Shown: positions 1 to 8,889, counted from the stretch's first letter. The stretch: DNA of 32,000 nt from Candidatus Iainarchaeum sp. (GCA_030688545.1 JAUYHT010000006.1:30001-62000); one strand, 5' to 3'. The notes: generated by a model from the letters alone, not told the origin. Numbers and translations are program-made.

Positions 1-700
1 GAAGTTCCGATCTGATAATGTCTTTTATTCTCTCTAATCGTGCTTCAGGTAAGGAGGCGATACTTTGTTGAATTTGCTTCTTTTCTTGCGGAGAAAAAAC
101 TTTTTCCAATTCCGATGGGGATAGGGATAAAAGGTATTGGTGGACATCCATTTTTCCTACGCGTTTGACGATTAAATCTAGAATGTCAGGATTTTTCATA
201 GCTTCTTGTGCAATGGCTTCAGCTCGTCGGTCAACAATGGTTTGAATCGGTTTAAAATATACGCCCATAAATTTTCGAATGGATGTCAGCCGCCTCATTT
301 GAAAAAGATCGAGGCTGAGCTTTTCGATTGTATGTTTATCCGGGTGAACATAATAAACCGTTCCAGGTTTTGCATGTGCATTTCTTCGTCCAACCTCAGC
401 GAGAATGGCACTCCCTAAAGGGTTAGAAGATAAATCGGTTCGTCTTTCAATATCCCTTGTCGTTGTGTTATATGTTTTACCAGCCAAATCACTTATTTCT
501 GAACCTGTCCCTAATCGATATAAGACTTTTTGAAACCCCACTCCTGAAGCAATCGGTATACTCGCCAATGCGGCAAACGTTACCGCTTTTTTGGTGGTTT
601 GCCAGGCTTTACGAGCACGCTCTCTGGCTTTGGACGGAGGCCTAATTCGTATTATTCGCGGTTTATCAGGTGATCTTCGTCTTGAAAAAGGGAATGCCAT
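1..700 (-). CDS. Hypothetical protein with its start in the window and its 3' end cut by the window edge. Arg/Pro-rich N-terminal tail followed by a hydrophobic segment. Paralog of the 19998..20846 product.
   Basis: The reverse-strand frame is open from ATG at 700 to base 1 (233 codons). It is absent from the track because there is no stop in the window. Sequence begins MAFPFSRRRSPDKPRIIRIRPPSKARERARKAWQTTKKAVTFAALASIPIASGVGFQ... The A/T box agatatataagta (719-731) lies about 25 nt upstream. It shares the RKAW(Q/D)TTK motif plus hydrophobic N-terminus with the 19998..20846 protein. Confidence 0.6.
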   Translation of the reverse strand, partial: MAFPFSRRRSPDKPRIIRIRPPSKARERARKAWQTTKKAVTFAALASIPIASGVGFQKVLYRLGTGSEISDLAGKTYNTTTRDIERRTDLSSNPLGSAILAEVGRRNAHAKPGTVYYVHPDKHTIEKLSLDLFQMRRLTSIRKFMGVYFKPIQTIVDRRAEAIAQEAMKNPDILDLIVKRVGKMDVHQYLLSLSPSELEKVFSPQEKKQIQQSIASLPEARLERIKDIIRSEL

Positions 701-880
701 GGCGCCATAAATGATTGAAGATATATAAGTATTCCTCCTTTCCACCTACTTTCTGTACAAAACTAATTAATCGTCAATCCCCAATTTTTGTTGGTACGAT
801 TAACGTAGGGGTTTATAACGTCCTTTTGGGAGGAGTTGGTCCTGCCTTTTGGGGCGGCGATCATGAGCAGGGGGAAAAAC

Positions 881-2731
881 ATGTACACCGAGAGCCAGCA
901 TACGACTAAACCCAATGGGATGGTGATCGCCAAAGCGACACTCAAGGATGTCTATTCCCCCAAGGATTTGAGAAAGATCCCCGTGGATGAGCTGCCAGCT
1001 ATCGCCCAGGAAATCCGCCAATTGCTCATTGACACCTGCGCCACCAATGGGGGGCATATCGGGGCCAATTTGGGGGTGGTGGAATTGACCATGGCCACGC
1101 ACTACGTGTTCAACACCCCTAAAGATAAGGTCATTTTCGACACCTCGCACCAGTGTTATACCCACAAGATTATCACCGGTCGCCAGGAACAATTTCCCAC
1201 TTTATGCAAATATCCCGGAGGGTTATCCCGATTCATTGTGCGGGGAGAAAGCGAGTACGATTTGTTTTCCGCCGGGCATGCGTCCACAGGTTTGAGTGCA
1301 TCCATGGGGTTTGCGGAAGCGGCTAAGCTCAAGAATGCCGATTACCAAACCGTGTGCATCGTAGGAGATGGCGCCCTCACTGGGGGAATGGCCTTTGAAG
1401 CCCTGAATAATATGGGGTACAACCAGACTGACATTACTATCATTCTCAATGACAACAAAATGGGCATCTCCCATAACGTGGGGGCCATGTATGAGTACCT
1501 CAAACGCCTTTCTGAAGTGTCGACGGAGGAGCAGGGGAGGCGGGGCATCGGAACCATATTTGAAAAGCTGGGATTCAAGTACTATGGTCCCATTGATGGA
1601 CACGATTTCCACGAATTGATCCATCATTTGGATGAGATGAAGCACATCAAGGGGCCTAAGATTTTGCACGTTCTAACGGATAAGGGTCGGGGCGTGGAAT
1701 ACATGCAGAATGACAAAGTGACCTGGCATGAGCACGCGGCGTTTGACATCCCTTCAGGAATGGCCAAGACCAAAATGGACAAGACCAAACCCCAGCATGC
1801 CAGCATTGAATCCATCGCCGTCAATACGCTTATCAAACTGGCTGAGACGGATGAAACTATTATTGCCCTCACAGCGGCGATGGCCACGGGAACCGGAATG
1901 GTCAAATTCGGGGAAAAATTTCCCAAGCGGTTTTATGATGTTGGCATCGCCGAGGAGCATGCGGTGACCTTTTCGGCAGGATTGGCCGCAGAAGGGATGA
2001 AGCCCGTGGCGTGTATCTATTCGCCTTTCCTGCAAAGAGGTTTTGATCAAATCATGCACGATGTGGCCAGCATGAATCTCCCGGTAAAATTCCTCGTGCC
2101 CAAAGCGGCCATTACCGGAGACGGGTGGACGCAGGGAGGGATCATGGATCTGAGTTACTTGCGCATCATCCCCAATATGGTCATCATGGCCCCCCAGGAT
2201 GAGAATGAATTGCAGCACATGGTGAAGACCGCGGTGGAATATGATAAAGGTCCCATTGCCGTGCGCTTCCCCAAAGGGACGAGTGAAGGGGTACCTCTGG
2301 ATGCGGAATGGCAATCCATTCCTATCGGGAAGGGGGTGGTTGTGCGGGATGGAAATGACATCACACTCTTGGCTATCGGGTGGATGGTGCAGGATGCGGT
2401 GAAGGCCGCCGCCCAACTTGAAACCTTGGGAATTTCCGCCGCCGTCATCAATGCGCGATTCGCCAAGCCTGTGGATGCCCAGCTTATTGCCACGTATGCC
2501 AAGAAGACGGGAAAAATAATGACTCTTGAGGAAAACACCCTCGTGGGGGGATTTGGGAGTGGGGTGATGGAAAGCCTGGAGCAGCAAAATCTTCTGGGCA
2601 CCACTCAATTGGTTCGCGTGGGCGCGGCCGACGCCTACATCCCCTATGATACCCCGGCGAATATCAAGAAGTCCTATGGGTTATCGTCTGACCGCATCGT
2701 CCAAAAAGCCCGCGAGATGGTGGGGCGATGA
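881..2731 (+). CDS. dxs: 1-deoxy-D-xylulose-5-phosphate synthase
   Basis: Long ORF with the DXS signature set: GGHIGANLGVVELT, HQCYTHKIITGR, IVGDGALTGGMAFEALNN...ILNDN (ThDP GDG-X-N motif), DVGIAEEHAVTFSAGLA and PIAVRFPKG. The track start at 836 is TTG. ATG 881 has AGGGGGA 5 nt upstream; ATG 863 is an alternative start. Confidence 0.93.
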   Translation: MYTESQHTTKPNGMVIAKATLKDVYSPKDLRKIPVDELPAIAQEIRQLLIDTCATNGGHIGANLGVVELTMATHYVFNTPKDKVIFDTSHQCYTHKIITGRQEQFPTLCKYPGGLSRFIVRGESEYDLFSAGHASTGLSASMGFAEAAKLKNADYQTVCIVGDGALTGGMAFEALNNMGYNQTDITIILNDNKMGISHNVGAMYEYLKRLSEVSTEEQGRRGIGTIFEKLGFKYYGPIDGHDFHELIHHLDEMKHIKGPKILHVLTDKGRGVEYMQNDKVTWHEHAAFDIPSGMAKTKMDKTKPQHASIESIAVNTLIKLAETDETIIALTAAMATGTGMVKFGEKFPKRFYDVGIAEEHAVTFSAGLAAEGMKPVACIYSPFLQRGFDQIMHDVASMNLPVKFLVPKAAITGDGWTQGGIMDLSYLRIIPNMVIMAPQDENELQHMVKTAVEYDKGPIAVRFPKGTSEGVPLDAEWQSIPIGKGVVVRDGNDITLLAIGWMVQDAVKAAAQLETLGISAAVINARFAKPVDAQLIATYAKKTGKIMTLEENTLVGGFGSGVMESLEQQNLLGTTQLVRVGAADAYIPYDTPANIKKSYGLSSDRIVQKAREMVGR

Positions 2732-2954
2732 GGTCCAGAAGAATGAAAAGGAATATTTTTTCGTAAAACTGAAAAAATAAAAAATTAAATATTTTTTTGA
2801 ATCGGAAAAGAGTTGACAGCCAATAGAGGAGAAATAATATTAGTTGAAGAAATAAAAAAGATCAAAAAAAAAAGAAAAGACATTAACAGCTACATAATAT
2901 GAATATGGGATTATTTTCCCTATCCATAAAAAAAGATCGGATCTGGTTACACGT

Positions 2955-4226
2955 ATGCAAAAACTGGAAACCATCAATGGATTTGCCAAGCGGAATACCT
3001 TTCCCGTAATGGTGGGCAAAGTGGGAATCGGCGGCCCTAACCCCGTGCGGGTGCAGAGCATGACCAACACCGACACCGCGGATGTCGCAGGTACGGTGAA
3101 ACAGATCAAAGAGCTGGCCGACGCGGGAAGCGAACTCGTTCGCTTCACGGTGGAGAAGGATGTCATGGCGCAGGCTGTTCCTGAGATTAGGAAACGCTTG
3201 CATGATGAAGGGTATGAGGATACCGCTCTCATCGGGGATTTTCACTACAATGGACATATTTTGTTATCCAAGTATCCCGCGCTCGCGGCGGCATTAGATA
3301 AATACCGCATCAACCCGGGGAATTGTGGGTTTGGAGAGAAGCATGACGCCAATTTCGATGCCTTTATCAAAATTGCCATCGAGCACGACAAGCCCGTGCG
3401 CATTGGGGTGAATGGGGGGAGTTTGGACCAGCAATTGCTGAAGAAGCTCATCGATGACGATAATCAAAAACCAGAAGCCGAACAAGTGGGCGCCAATATG
3501 GTGTTTCTGAATGCCATGGTGGAGAGTGCCCTCATCTCAACGGAACGCGCATTGGAATTGGGGATGAGCAAGAACCAGATCATCATTTCCACCAAAATGA
3601 GTGGGGTGCAGGAGATGGTATACTGTTATTCCAAACTATCCACTCTCACCCAACAGCCCTTGCATTTGGGATTGACGGAAGCCGGGATGGGGGACAAGGG
3701 GATTGTTTCCTCCACTGCGGCACTAAGTTTGTTGCTCAACCAGGGCATTGGGGATACGATTCGCGTGTCATTAACCCCGGAACCGGGAGCCCCCCGATCG
3801 CGCGAGGTGTTGCTTTGCCAGCAGATTCTGCAAAGCCTAGGGATGCGCTTCTTCCTCCCTCAAGTAACCGCCTGCCCGGGGTGCGGGCGTACCACGAGCA
3901 TCACCTTCCAGGAGCTGGCGCAGGAAGTCACCCAGTATTTGAACACCCAGATGCCCGAATGGAAGAAGCAAGGGTATGAGGGGGTGGAGAACATGCATGT
4001 CGCGGTGATGGGATGCATTGTTAATGGTCCAGGAGAAGCCAAGGATGCCAACATAGGTATCAGCCTACCTGGAAGCGGTGAGAACCCCGCGGCCCCCGTG
4101 TTCGCCGATGGAAAGCTCGTGAAAACCCTCCAGGGTCCCACCATGAAAGCCGATTTCAAGAAGATGGTCGCCGAATACGTGGAAAAGAAATACGGGAAGA
4201 AGAAGGAAATTCCGGTTCTATCCTGA
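2955..4226 (+). CDS. ispG: 4-hydroxy-3-methylbut-2-en-1-yl diphosphate synthase (GcpE/IspG)
   Basis: The 423-aa product has [36 protein letters not shown] at the N-terminus and the Fe-S cysteine motifs ACPGCGRT and GCIVNGPGE. An A/T box at 2926-2934 is centred 25 nt upstream of the ATG, and there is no SD. Confidence 0.93.
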   Translation: MQKLETINGFAKRNTFPVMVGKVGIGGPNPVRVQSMTNTDTADVAGTVKQIKELADAGSELVRFTVEKDVMAQAVPEIRKRLHDEGYEDTALIGDFHYNGHILLSKYPALAAALDKYRINPGNCGFGEKHDANFDAFIKIAIEHDKPVRIGVNGGSLDQQLLKKLIDDDNQKPEAEQVGANMVFLNAMVESALISTERALELGMSKNQIIISTKMSGVQEMVYCYSKLSTLTQQPLHLGLTEAGMGDKGIVSSTAALSLLLNQGIGDTIRVSLTPEPGAPRSREVLLCQQILQSLGMRFFLPQVTACPGCGRTTSITFQELAQEVTQYLNTQMPEWKKQGYEGVENMHVAVMGCIVNGPGEAKDANIGISLPGSGENPAAPVFADGKLVKTLQGPTMKADFKKMVAEYVEKKYGKKKEIPVLS

Positions 4227-4296
4227 AGCTAAAAAATTCAAAACTCCAATAACAGAAAGACGCCTAGTCTTCCAGTCCCACCAAACAAACCTGTTG

Positions 4297-4306
4297 TTTT
4301 TTATAT
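4297..4306 (+). promoter_or_regulatory. TATA-like A/T box for a leaderless gene (representative of a window-wide pattern)
   Basis: The box ttttttatat is centred 26 nt upstream of ATG 4328, with no SD in between. Confidence 0.5.
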
Positions 4307-4327
4307 CCTAGAAACATTCTCGCACCT

Positions 4328-4858
4328 ATGCCTCGAAGGAATCCGCGTGAACCCATCCAACGCCCCATGAAAAAACCACGCATTGGATCGGGCCGGTGGA
4401 TGATGCAAGGGCCGAAAAAAAGATTGGAGGCAGCTCAAGGTAAAGTAGGCAGAGCTCAAGGTAGGGAAAGTATTAGGAAAGGAAAATTAATGATTGCGAT
4501 TGAAGATCTCCAAGAAGCTTCTTTGGCAAATGGTAAGTTTCCCGAAAGTAGATTTCCCCATGAAATACCACTTGAATTTCTATCTGGAAAAGCAAAATAT
4601 TATGTTCATATTTATAATGAATATGTAAAAGCGTTAATAGATAGTGGTAGGGCATCTGAAGCTTTGGGTTTTAGGACGTGGATGATCCAAAAGCGAAGGG
4701 ATTTTGCCAAATCACCAGTTGGAAAGACCATTCGCCGAGCCGCTCTCCCGAAGCGTATGAAACGGCGCGGCCGAAGCCTGTGGGATGCCATGAACCGAGC
4801 GGCTGCCGTCGAGAAGGAAAAGCGCGCCCAGAGCAAAAAACCTTCACCCAAGAAATAA
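4328..4858 (+). CDS. Hypothetical basic protein with Pro/Arg/Lys-rich N- and C-termini
   Basis: 176-aa ORF beginning MPRRNPREPIQRPMKKPRIGSGR and ending ...KRAQSKKPSPKK. The A/T box ttttttatat (4297-4306) is centred 26 nt upstream of the ATG. I recognise no family. Confidence 0.55.
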   Translation: MPRRNPREPIQRPMKKPRIGSGRWMMQGPKKRLEAAQGKVGRAQGRESIRKGKLMIAIEDLQEASLANGKFPESRFPHEIPLEFLSGKAKYYVHIYNEYVKALIDSGRASEALGFRTWMIQKRRDFAKSPVGKTIRRAALPKRMKRRGRSLWDAMNRAAAVEKEKRAQSKKPSPKK

Positions 4859-4973
4859 TGTTAGAACGAAATTTTATTTGTCCTCCTCCCCCACTTAAAA
4901 GACGAGTATTTCCCGCTCCGGCATGCTAAAAATTTTCCATATTAATTTAAAGTTCGCGGCTCTATTATAATTT

Positions 4974-5258
4974 ATGACCTCCATCGCCAAAGACGCCTCG
5001 CTTGTTCAGGAAATGAAAATTCGGATTGAGCGATTGGAAACCCAAGTGGAAAACCTTCATCAATCCCGCCATAAATCAGAACTCTTTTCGGATGACCAAG
5101 CAAAGGAGCAAATTGAAAATTATTTATCCCAAAAGAAAATGGAAGGTAAAACGAAAATAAGTTTGCTGGATATCTCTCTGGACTTACATTTGCCCGTTTC
5201 CCAAGTTGAACCCATCATGGAAAAGCTTAAACATAAGGGAATTAGGGAAGTGGAATAA
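4974..5258 (+). CDS. Hypothetical small protein with a coiled-coil N-terminus and a possible winged-helix C-terminus
   Basis: 94-aa ORF. A heptad-like stretch (QEMKIRIERLETQVENLHQ) is followed by ISLLDISLDLHLPVSQVEPIMEKLKHKG. Its stop overlaps the next start (TAATG). Confidence 0.5.
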   Translation: MTSIAKDASLVQEMKIRIERLETQVENLHQSRHKSELFSDDQAKEQIENYLSQKKMEGKTKISLLDISLDLHLPVSQVEPIMEKLKHKGIREVE

Positions 5259-5476
5259 TGCCCGACATTTCCATCCCCGTTACGGAAATCGATGGAGAAA
5301 AGTGGGTTTTGCTCAAAACCGTTTTGGGTGAAAAGGTTGTTTTTCGTGCCGCCTCCATTGAAAAAAGAAATCAACGCGTAAAAGAAACTTCAGGTCATCG
5401 TGTGGATGAAGCGGTAGGCGAAGGCAGTGTAAAATGTCGGAGCAAACTGTACGACATTACCCCATACGTAAAATAG
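5258..5476 (+). CDS. Hypothetical small protein
   Basis: 72-aa ORF translationally coupled to the 4974..5258 gene (TAATG overlap). Begins MPDISIPV. No recognisable family. Confidence 0.4.
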   Translation: MPDISIPVTEIDGEKWVLLKTVLGEKVVFRAASIEKRNQRVKETSGHRVDEAVGEGSVKCRSKLYDITPYVK

Positions 5477-5482
5477 AGGAGA

Positions 5483-5749
5483 ATGAACATGCGCTTCGAA
5501 AAGAAAGTCTGGCCCGAATTTTTCCAAAGCGTTTTGGATGGGATGAAAACGTATGACCTGCGTCTGGCCGACTTTACCATTTCCCCAGGCGACATACTTG
5601 TTTTACGGGAGTGGGACCCCATCTCTAAAGCGTACACCGGGAGGAAGATTGAAAAAAACGTCACATATATTGGCAAAACAAAAGGCACACCCTTCTGGCC
5701 GGCCGACCAGATCGAAAAATATGGGTTCCAGATTATCGCGTTTAAATAG
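5483..5749 (+). CDS. ASCH/DUF3850-like (PUA-fold) small protein
   Basis: 88 aa. The sequence KKVWPEFFQSVLDGMKTYDLRLADFTISPGDILVLREWDP...YTGRKIEKNVTYI fits the DUF3850/ASCH pattern (x-yF-x-G-K-x-E-R, GD-x-L-x-E, YTGR). GAGGA lies just upstream. ATG 5489 is an alternative start. Confidence 0.55.
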   Translation: MNMRFEKKVWPEFFQSVLDGMKTYDLRLADFTISPGDILVLREWDPISKAYTGRKIEKNVTYIGKTKGTPFWPADQIEKYGFQIIAFK

Positions 5750-5820
5750 TGCGGCGGGACGCGGGACCAACGTTTTAATACACAAAGACCATTCACCTGC
5801 ATGGGTTGGGAGGAATAGGT

Positions 5821-6609
5821 ATGCGTCCAAAGGTGATTGTCGGGAATTGGAAGATGAATCTTACGATAGCCGAGGGAAAGGCGCTCGCAGAGGACGTGCG
5901 CAAGTATTCGCAATTGCATCTCCCCGGCACCCCCATCAAGGTAGTCCTGTGCCCGCCCTTCACGCATCTCATTGAGGTGGGAAATACGTTGAAGGAGAGC
6001 GAAGTCGACGTGGGAGCGCAGGATTGCCATTATGAGAATTTTGGGCCCTACACAGGTGATATTAGTGCCGCTATGCTCGCGGGGGCGGGGTGTCGATATT
6101 GTATTTTAGGTCATTCTGAACGACGGGCGGCCTACAAGGAACCCGGGCGCATCCTCAATGCCAAGGTGCTCGCCGTGTTACGACAGAATATGATTCCCAT
6201 CTTCTGCATCGGAGAGACATTAGAGGAGAAGAACGCCGGTAAAACCAATGAGGTGCTGGCGCAACAAATGAAAGAAGGATTGGCCGCTATTCCCAGAGAT
6301 CAAATAGGAAAAATCATTTTGGCGTACGAACCGGTGTGGGCAATATCCACGAGCAAGGATAACCAGGGGGCTCCCGCCACCCCCGCAGGGGCGAATACCA
6401 TTCACCAGTTTATCCGCGAGCAGATCAAATTATCATTTGGCAATGAGGCCGCGCAGGGCATTCTCATCCTCTACGGGGGGAGTGTTAAGTCCGAGAACGC
6501 GCGAGGGTTCCTTATTCAAACCCACATCGACGGATGTTTAGTGGGAGGCGCCTCCCTCAAGAAGGACTCCTTCTGCGGCATCATCGATGCAGCCAACATC
6601 CCGCAGTGA
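5821..6609 (+). CDS. tpiA: Triosephosphate isomerase, long bacterial-type form with an atypical loop 6
   Basis: Carries VIVGNWKMN, GHSERR, AYEPVWAI, ILYGGSV and LVGGASL. GGAGGA (5809-5814) lies 6 nt upstream of ATG 5821. The track start at 5806 is TTG. Confidence 0.9.
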   Translation: MRPKVIVGNWKMNLTIAEGKALAEDVRKYSQLHLPGTPIKVVLCPPFTHLIEVGNTLKESEVDVGAQDCHYENFGPYTGDISAAMLAGAGCRYCILGHSERRAAYKEPGRILNAKVLAVLRQNMIPIFCIGETLEEKNAGKTNEVLAQQMKEGLAAIPRDQIGKIILAYEPVWAISTSKDNQGAPATPAGANTIHQFIREQIKLSFGNEAAQGILILYGGSVKSENARGFLIQTHIDGCLVGGASLKKDSFCGIIDAANIPQ

Positions 6610-6646
6610 TGGTAAGCCTTTTAGCTGGGGGAAGGTTTCCTTTCCA

Positions 6647-7114
6647 ATGCCACACCTCCCACAAAGACCATTGCCCCAAGTCCGGAAGCGGCTCCAGCGC
6701 TTCAAGGCGGGCGCGCGGCACCTCATCCGGGCCTGGCAAACCTTTCGCACCGATGCCCGATTAAGGAAAATAAGAAAGTTGATGGAAGCGGGAAGGTTCC
6801 TGGGGCTCGCGGACAAGACAAGCAGCATCTTAGCGATAGCCATTATGGACCTCAAAATCGTCCCCCGGGAGATGCGGCCCACGCAGCAGCAAATACGCAT
6901 CGTGAAAGAGGCCGCGAAATGGGCCCGAAAAAGAACGAAGATCGAGGACCAATTGCGGGCATTCAAATGGGAATTGGAGCGCATGCACTCCCGCCTCTCC
7001 AAGACCGATCGCATGGTCTACCATCATCGTATCAGCGATTTGGAAAACGCACTCAAAAAAATCAAGGTGATTGAGATTCATCTCAAAGAGGATTGGAGAC
7101 GCGCATCGGGGTGA
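6647..7114 (+). CDS. Hypothetical basic protein
   Basis: In-frame ATG at 6647 within track ORF 6587..7114 (the 6587 start would overlap the tpiA end). Begins MPHLPQRPLPQVRKRLQRFKAGARHLIRAWQTF... and is rich in Arg/Lys and predicted helix. Confidence 0.45.
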   Translation: MPHLPQRPLPQVRKRLQRFKAGARHLIRAWQTFRTDARLRKIRKLMEAGRFLGLADKTSSILAIAIMDLKIVPREMRPTQQQIRIVKEAAKWARKRTKIEDQLRAFKWELERMHSRLSKTDRMVYHHRISDLENALKKIKVIEIHLKEDWRRASG

Positions 7115-7125
7115 AAACAGCGTTC

Positions 7126-7135
7126 TATAAAAATA
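7126..7135 (+). promoter_or_regulatory. TATA-like A/T box
   Basis: The box tataaaaata is centred 25 nt upstream of ATG 7155, with no SD. Confidence 0.5.
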
Positions 7136-7154
7136 ATGGATTCCTGTTTCAAGA

Positions 7155-7748
7155 ATGCCGCCCCCTCCATCCAAACGCCCTCGGAAGGGCAGGGTAAAAC
7201 AACATAAGTTCGTCCATCGACCGCCGGTGTTGACGATGGATTACATAATCGAACACCACATCGACTTGATCCATGACCCCGCCAAGCGATGGGAATCTTC
7301 ATTCGCCCCATTCAACATCGACAGGGAGGATTTGGCCCAGGAAGCGTTGGTCGCGTTGATCAAGGAAGCTCCAAAATATGATGTGAACAGGGGCTCCTCC
7401 AACACTTTCGTGAATCATGTGGTCAATTCCCGATTCAACAAGATTCTACGAACCTTAAAAGAGAAAAAGAGGCATCCTGGAGGGAAGAAGGTTTCCTTCC
7501 CCCTGGATTTATCTTCCTCCCGATCCTCCGAAGGAAGCCATCGGGCGCTGATAAAGTATTGGCGGCGGCTTTATAACAAATATTCCCCGATACTTTCACC
7601 AAAGGAAAAAAAGATCATGGAAATGCGGATGCAGGGGATGAACTACAGGGAAATTGGCGCTGTGTTCAACTTGACCCAAAACCGAATTCAGCAGATCGTT
7701 AAACTATCCATCCAAAGGATGCGCGATCGCTTCTTGGAGCTGGAATAA
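7155..7748 (+). CDS. Sigma-70 family (ECF-like) protein with a basic Pro-rich N-terminal extension
   Basis: The region-2-like stretch EDLAQEALVALIKEAPKYDVNRGSSNTFVNHVVNSRFNKILR aligns by eye with RpoE [39 protein letters not shown]. The region-4 HTH is LSPKEKKIMEMRMQGMNYREIGAVFNLTQNRIQQIVKLSIQRMR. The A/T box tataaaaata (7126-7135) is centred 25 nt upstream. Confidence 0.7.
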   Translation: MPPPPSKRPRKGRVKQHKFVHRPPVLTMDYIIEHHIDLIHDPAKRWESSFAPFNIDREDLAQEALVALIKEAPKYDVNRGSSNTFVNHVVNSRFNKILRTLKEKKRHPGGKKVSFPLDLSSSRSSEGSHRALIKYWRRLYNKYSPILSPKEKKIMEMRMQGMNYREIGAVFNLTQNRIQQIVKLSIQRMRDRFLELE

Positions 7749-7833
7749 GGAATTTTTTCACATATTTCCCATCCGCAGGAAAAACGAGGGACCGGAGCAA
7801 GCATTATTAATCCCCCTAATCCTACCCTTCTTC

Positions 7834-8889
7834 ATGCCCTCCGACAAAGGCACGAGTTCCCGGAAGCTCGAGCATGTGAATATCGTGCTGGGGAAGCCCG
7901 TGCAGTTCACCCAAATGACCCCGGGTTTCGAGGAAATGGAAATAGAATACCTCACCCTCCCCGAGCTGGATGCGGAAAAAATAGACACGCGCACTCATTT
8001 TTTGAAGCACCCCTTTTCGTTCCCCTTCATGGTTTCTTCCATGACCGGGGGGCATGCTAAAACGACCAAAATAAACCAGGATATTGCCACGGCCTGCGAG
8101 GAAGTAGGCATCGGTATGGGTTTGGGAAGCACCCGCGCGGCCATTGAGGATCCCAAGACCTTTTCCTCGTTTGACGTTCGGAAGCACGCCCCCTCCATCT
8201 TCCTCGCGTGCAATTTAGGGGTGTCGCAATTGAAGCATTATTCTACCCCCAAAATTCAGAAGCTCGTGGATGACTTACAGTGCGATGCGCTCATCCTCCA
8301 TTCCAATGCCGCCCAGGAGATCGTGCAGGAAGAAGGAACCCCCCAATTCGGGGGGTGTTTGAATGAAATTGCTCGAGTCGCCCGGGAGTTGGAACAACCG
8401 GTTTATGTCAAGGAAGTGGGGAATGGCATTTCCCCTTCCATAGTGAAAAAATTGAGCGAGACCCGCATCGCGGCCATCGATGTGGCGGGGGCGGGAGGAA
8501 CGAGTTGGACGGCCATCGAGAGCCGGCGGGGGACTCAAAATAATAAGGCGTTGGGCGAGCTATTTTGGAATGTGGGCATCCCCACTATTCCCGCTATCCT
8601 GGGGGCGCGGAAATATGGGAACAAGCCCATCGTGGGAAGCGGGGGCGTGCGGAGCGGAGTGGATATCCTCAAGTGCATGGTCTTGGGATGTTCCCTCACC
8701 AGCGCGGCCATTCCCGTGATCCACGCACAACATGGAGGAGGAAAACCAGCCATCGTGGCGCATATCGAATCGTTAAAACGAGCCTTCCGCGCGGGCATGT
8801 TCCTCGTGGGTGCGGCGCGCGTGCCCGACCTTAAGGGCAAGAAATATTATTTATTCGGCCGGACAAAAGAATGGGTGGAGCAGATATGA
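7834..8889 (+). CDS. fni: Isopentenyl-diphosphate delta-isomerase, type 2 (FMN-dependent)
   Basis: Carries the IDI-2 motifs SRKLEHV, SSMTGG, GLGSTRAA, HSNAAQE, PVYVKEVGNGIS, DVAGAGGTSWTAIE, WNVGIPT and GSGGVRSGVDILK. An A/T box at 7802-7811 is centred 28 nt upstream. Confidence 0.9.
   Translation: MPSDKGTSSRKLEHVNIVLGKPVQFTQMTPGFEEMEIEYLTLPELDAEKIDTRTHFLKHPFSFPFMVSSMTGGHAKTTKINQDIATACEEVGIGMGLGSTRAAIEDPKTFSSFDVRKHAPSIFLACNLGVSQLKHYSTPKIQKLVDDLQCDALILHSNAAQEIVQEEGTPQFGGCLNEIARVARELEQPVYVKEVGNGISPSIVKKLSETRIAAIDVAGAGGTSWTAIESRRGTQNNKALGELFWNVGIPTIPAILGARKYGNKPIVGSGGVRSGVDILKCMVLGCSLTSAAIPVIHAQHGGGKPAIVAHIESLKRAFRAGMFLVGAARVPDLKGKKYYLFGRTKEWVEQI

Noticed and set aside
701-880. Possible TPP riboswitch in front of dxs
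   Set aside because: I looked for the conserved CUGAGA / ACCUGAUCUGGAUAAUGCCAGCG-type elements and found none. The region is better explained as a divergent promoter with two TATA-like boxes (719-731 and 811-819).
1754-2608. 284-aa minus-strand ORF, plus the 1223..1669, 1624..1926 and 2155..2604 minus ORFs
   Set aside because: They are entirely antisense to dxs, whose product carries all DXS motifs. The translated sequences are Gly/His/Arg-rich junk typical of shadow ORFs in GC-rich coding DNA.
5395-6030. 211-aa minus-strand ORF
   Set aside because: It overlaps the DUF3850-like gene and the well-supported N-terminus of tpiA on the opposite strand, so it is a shadow ORF.
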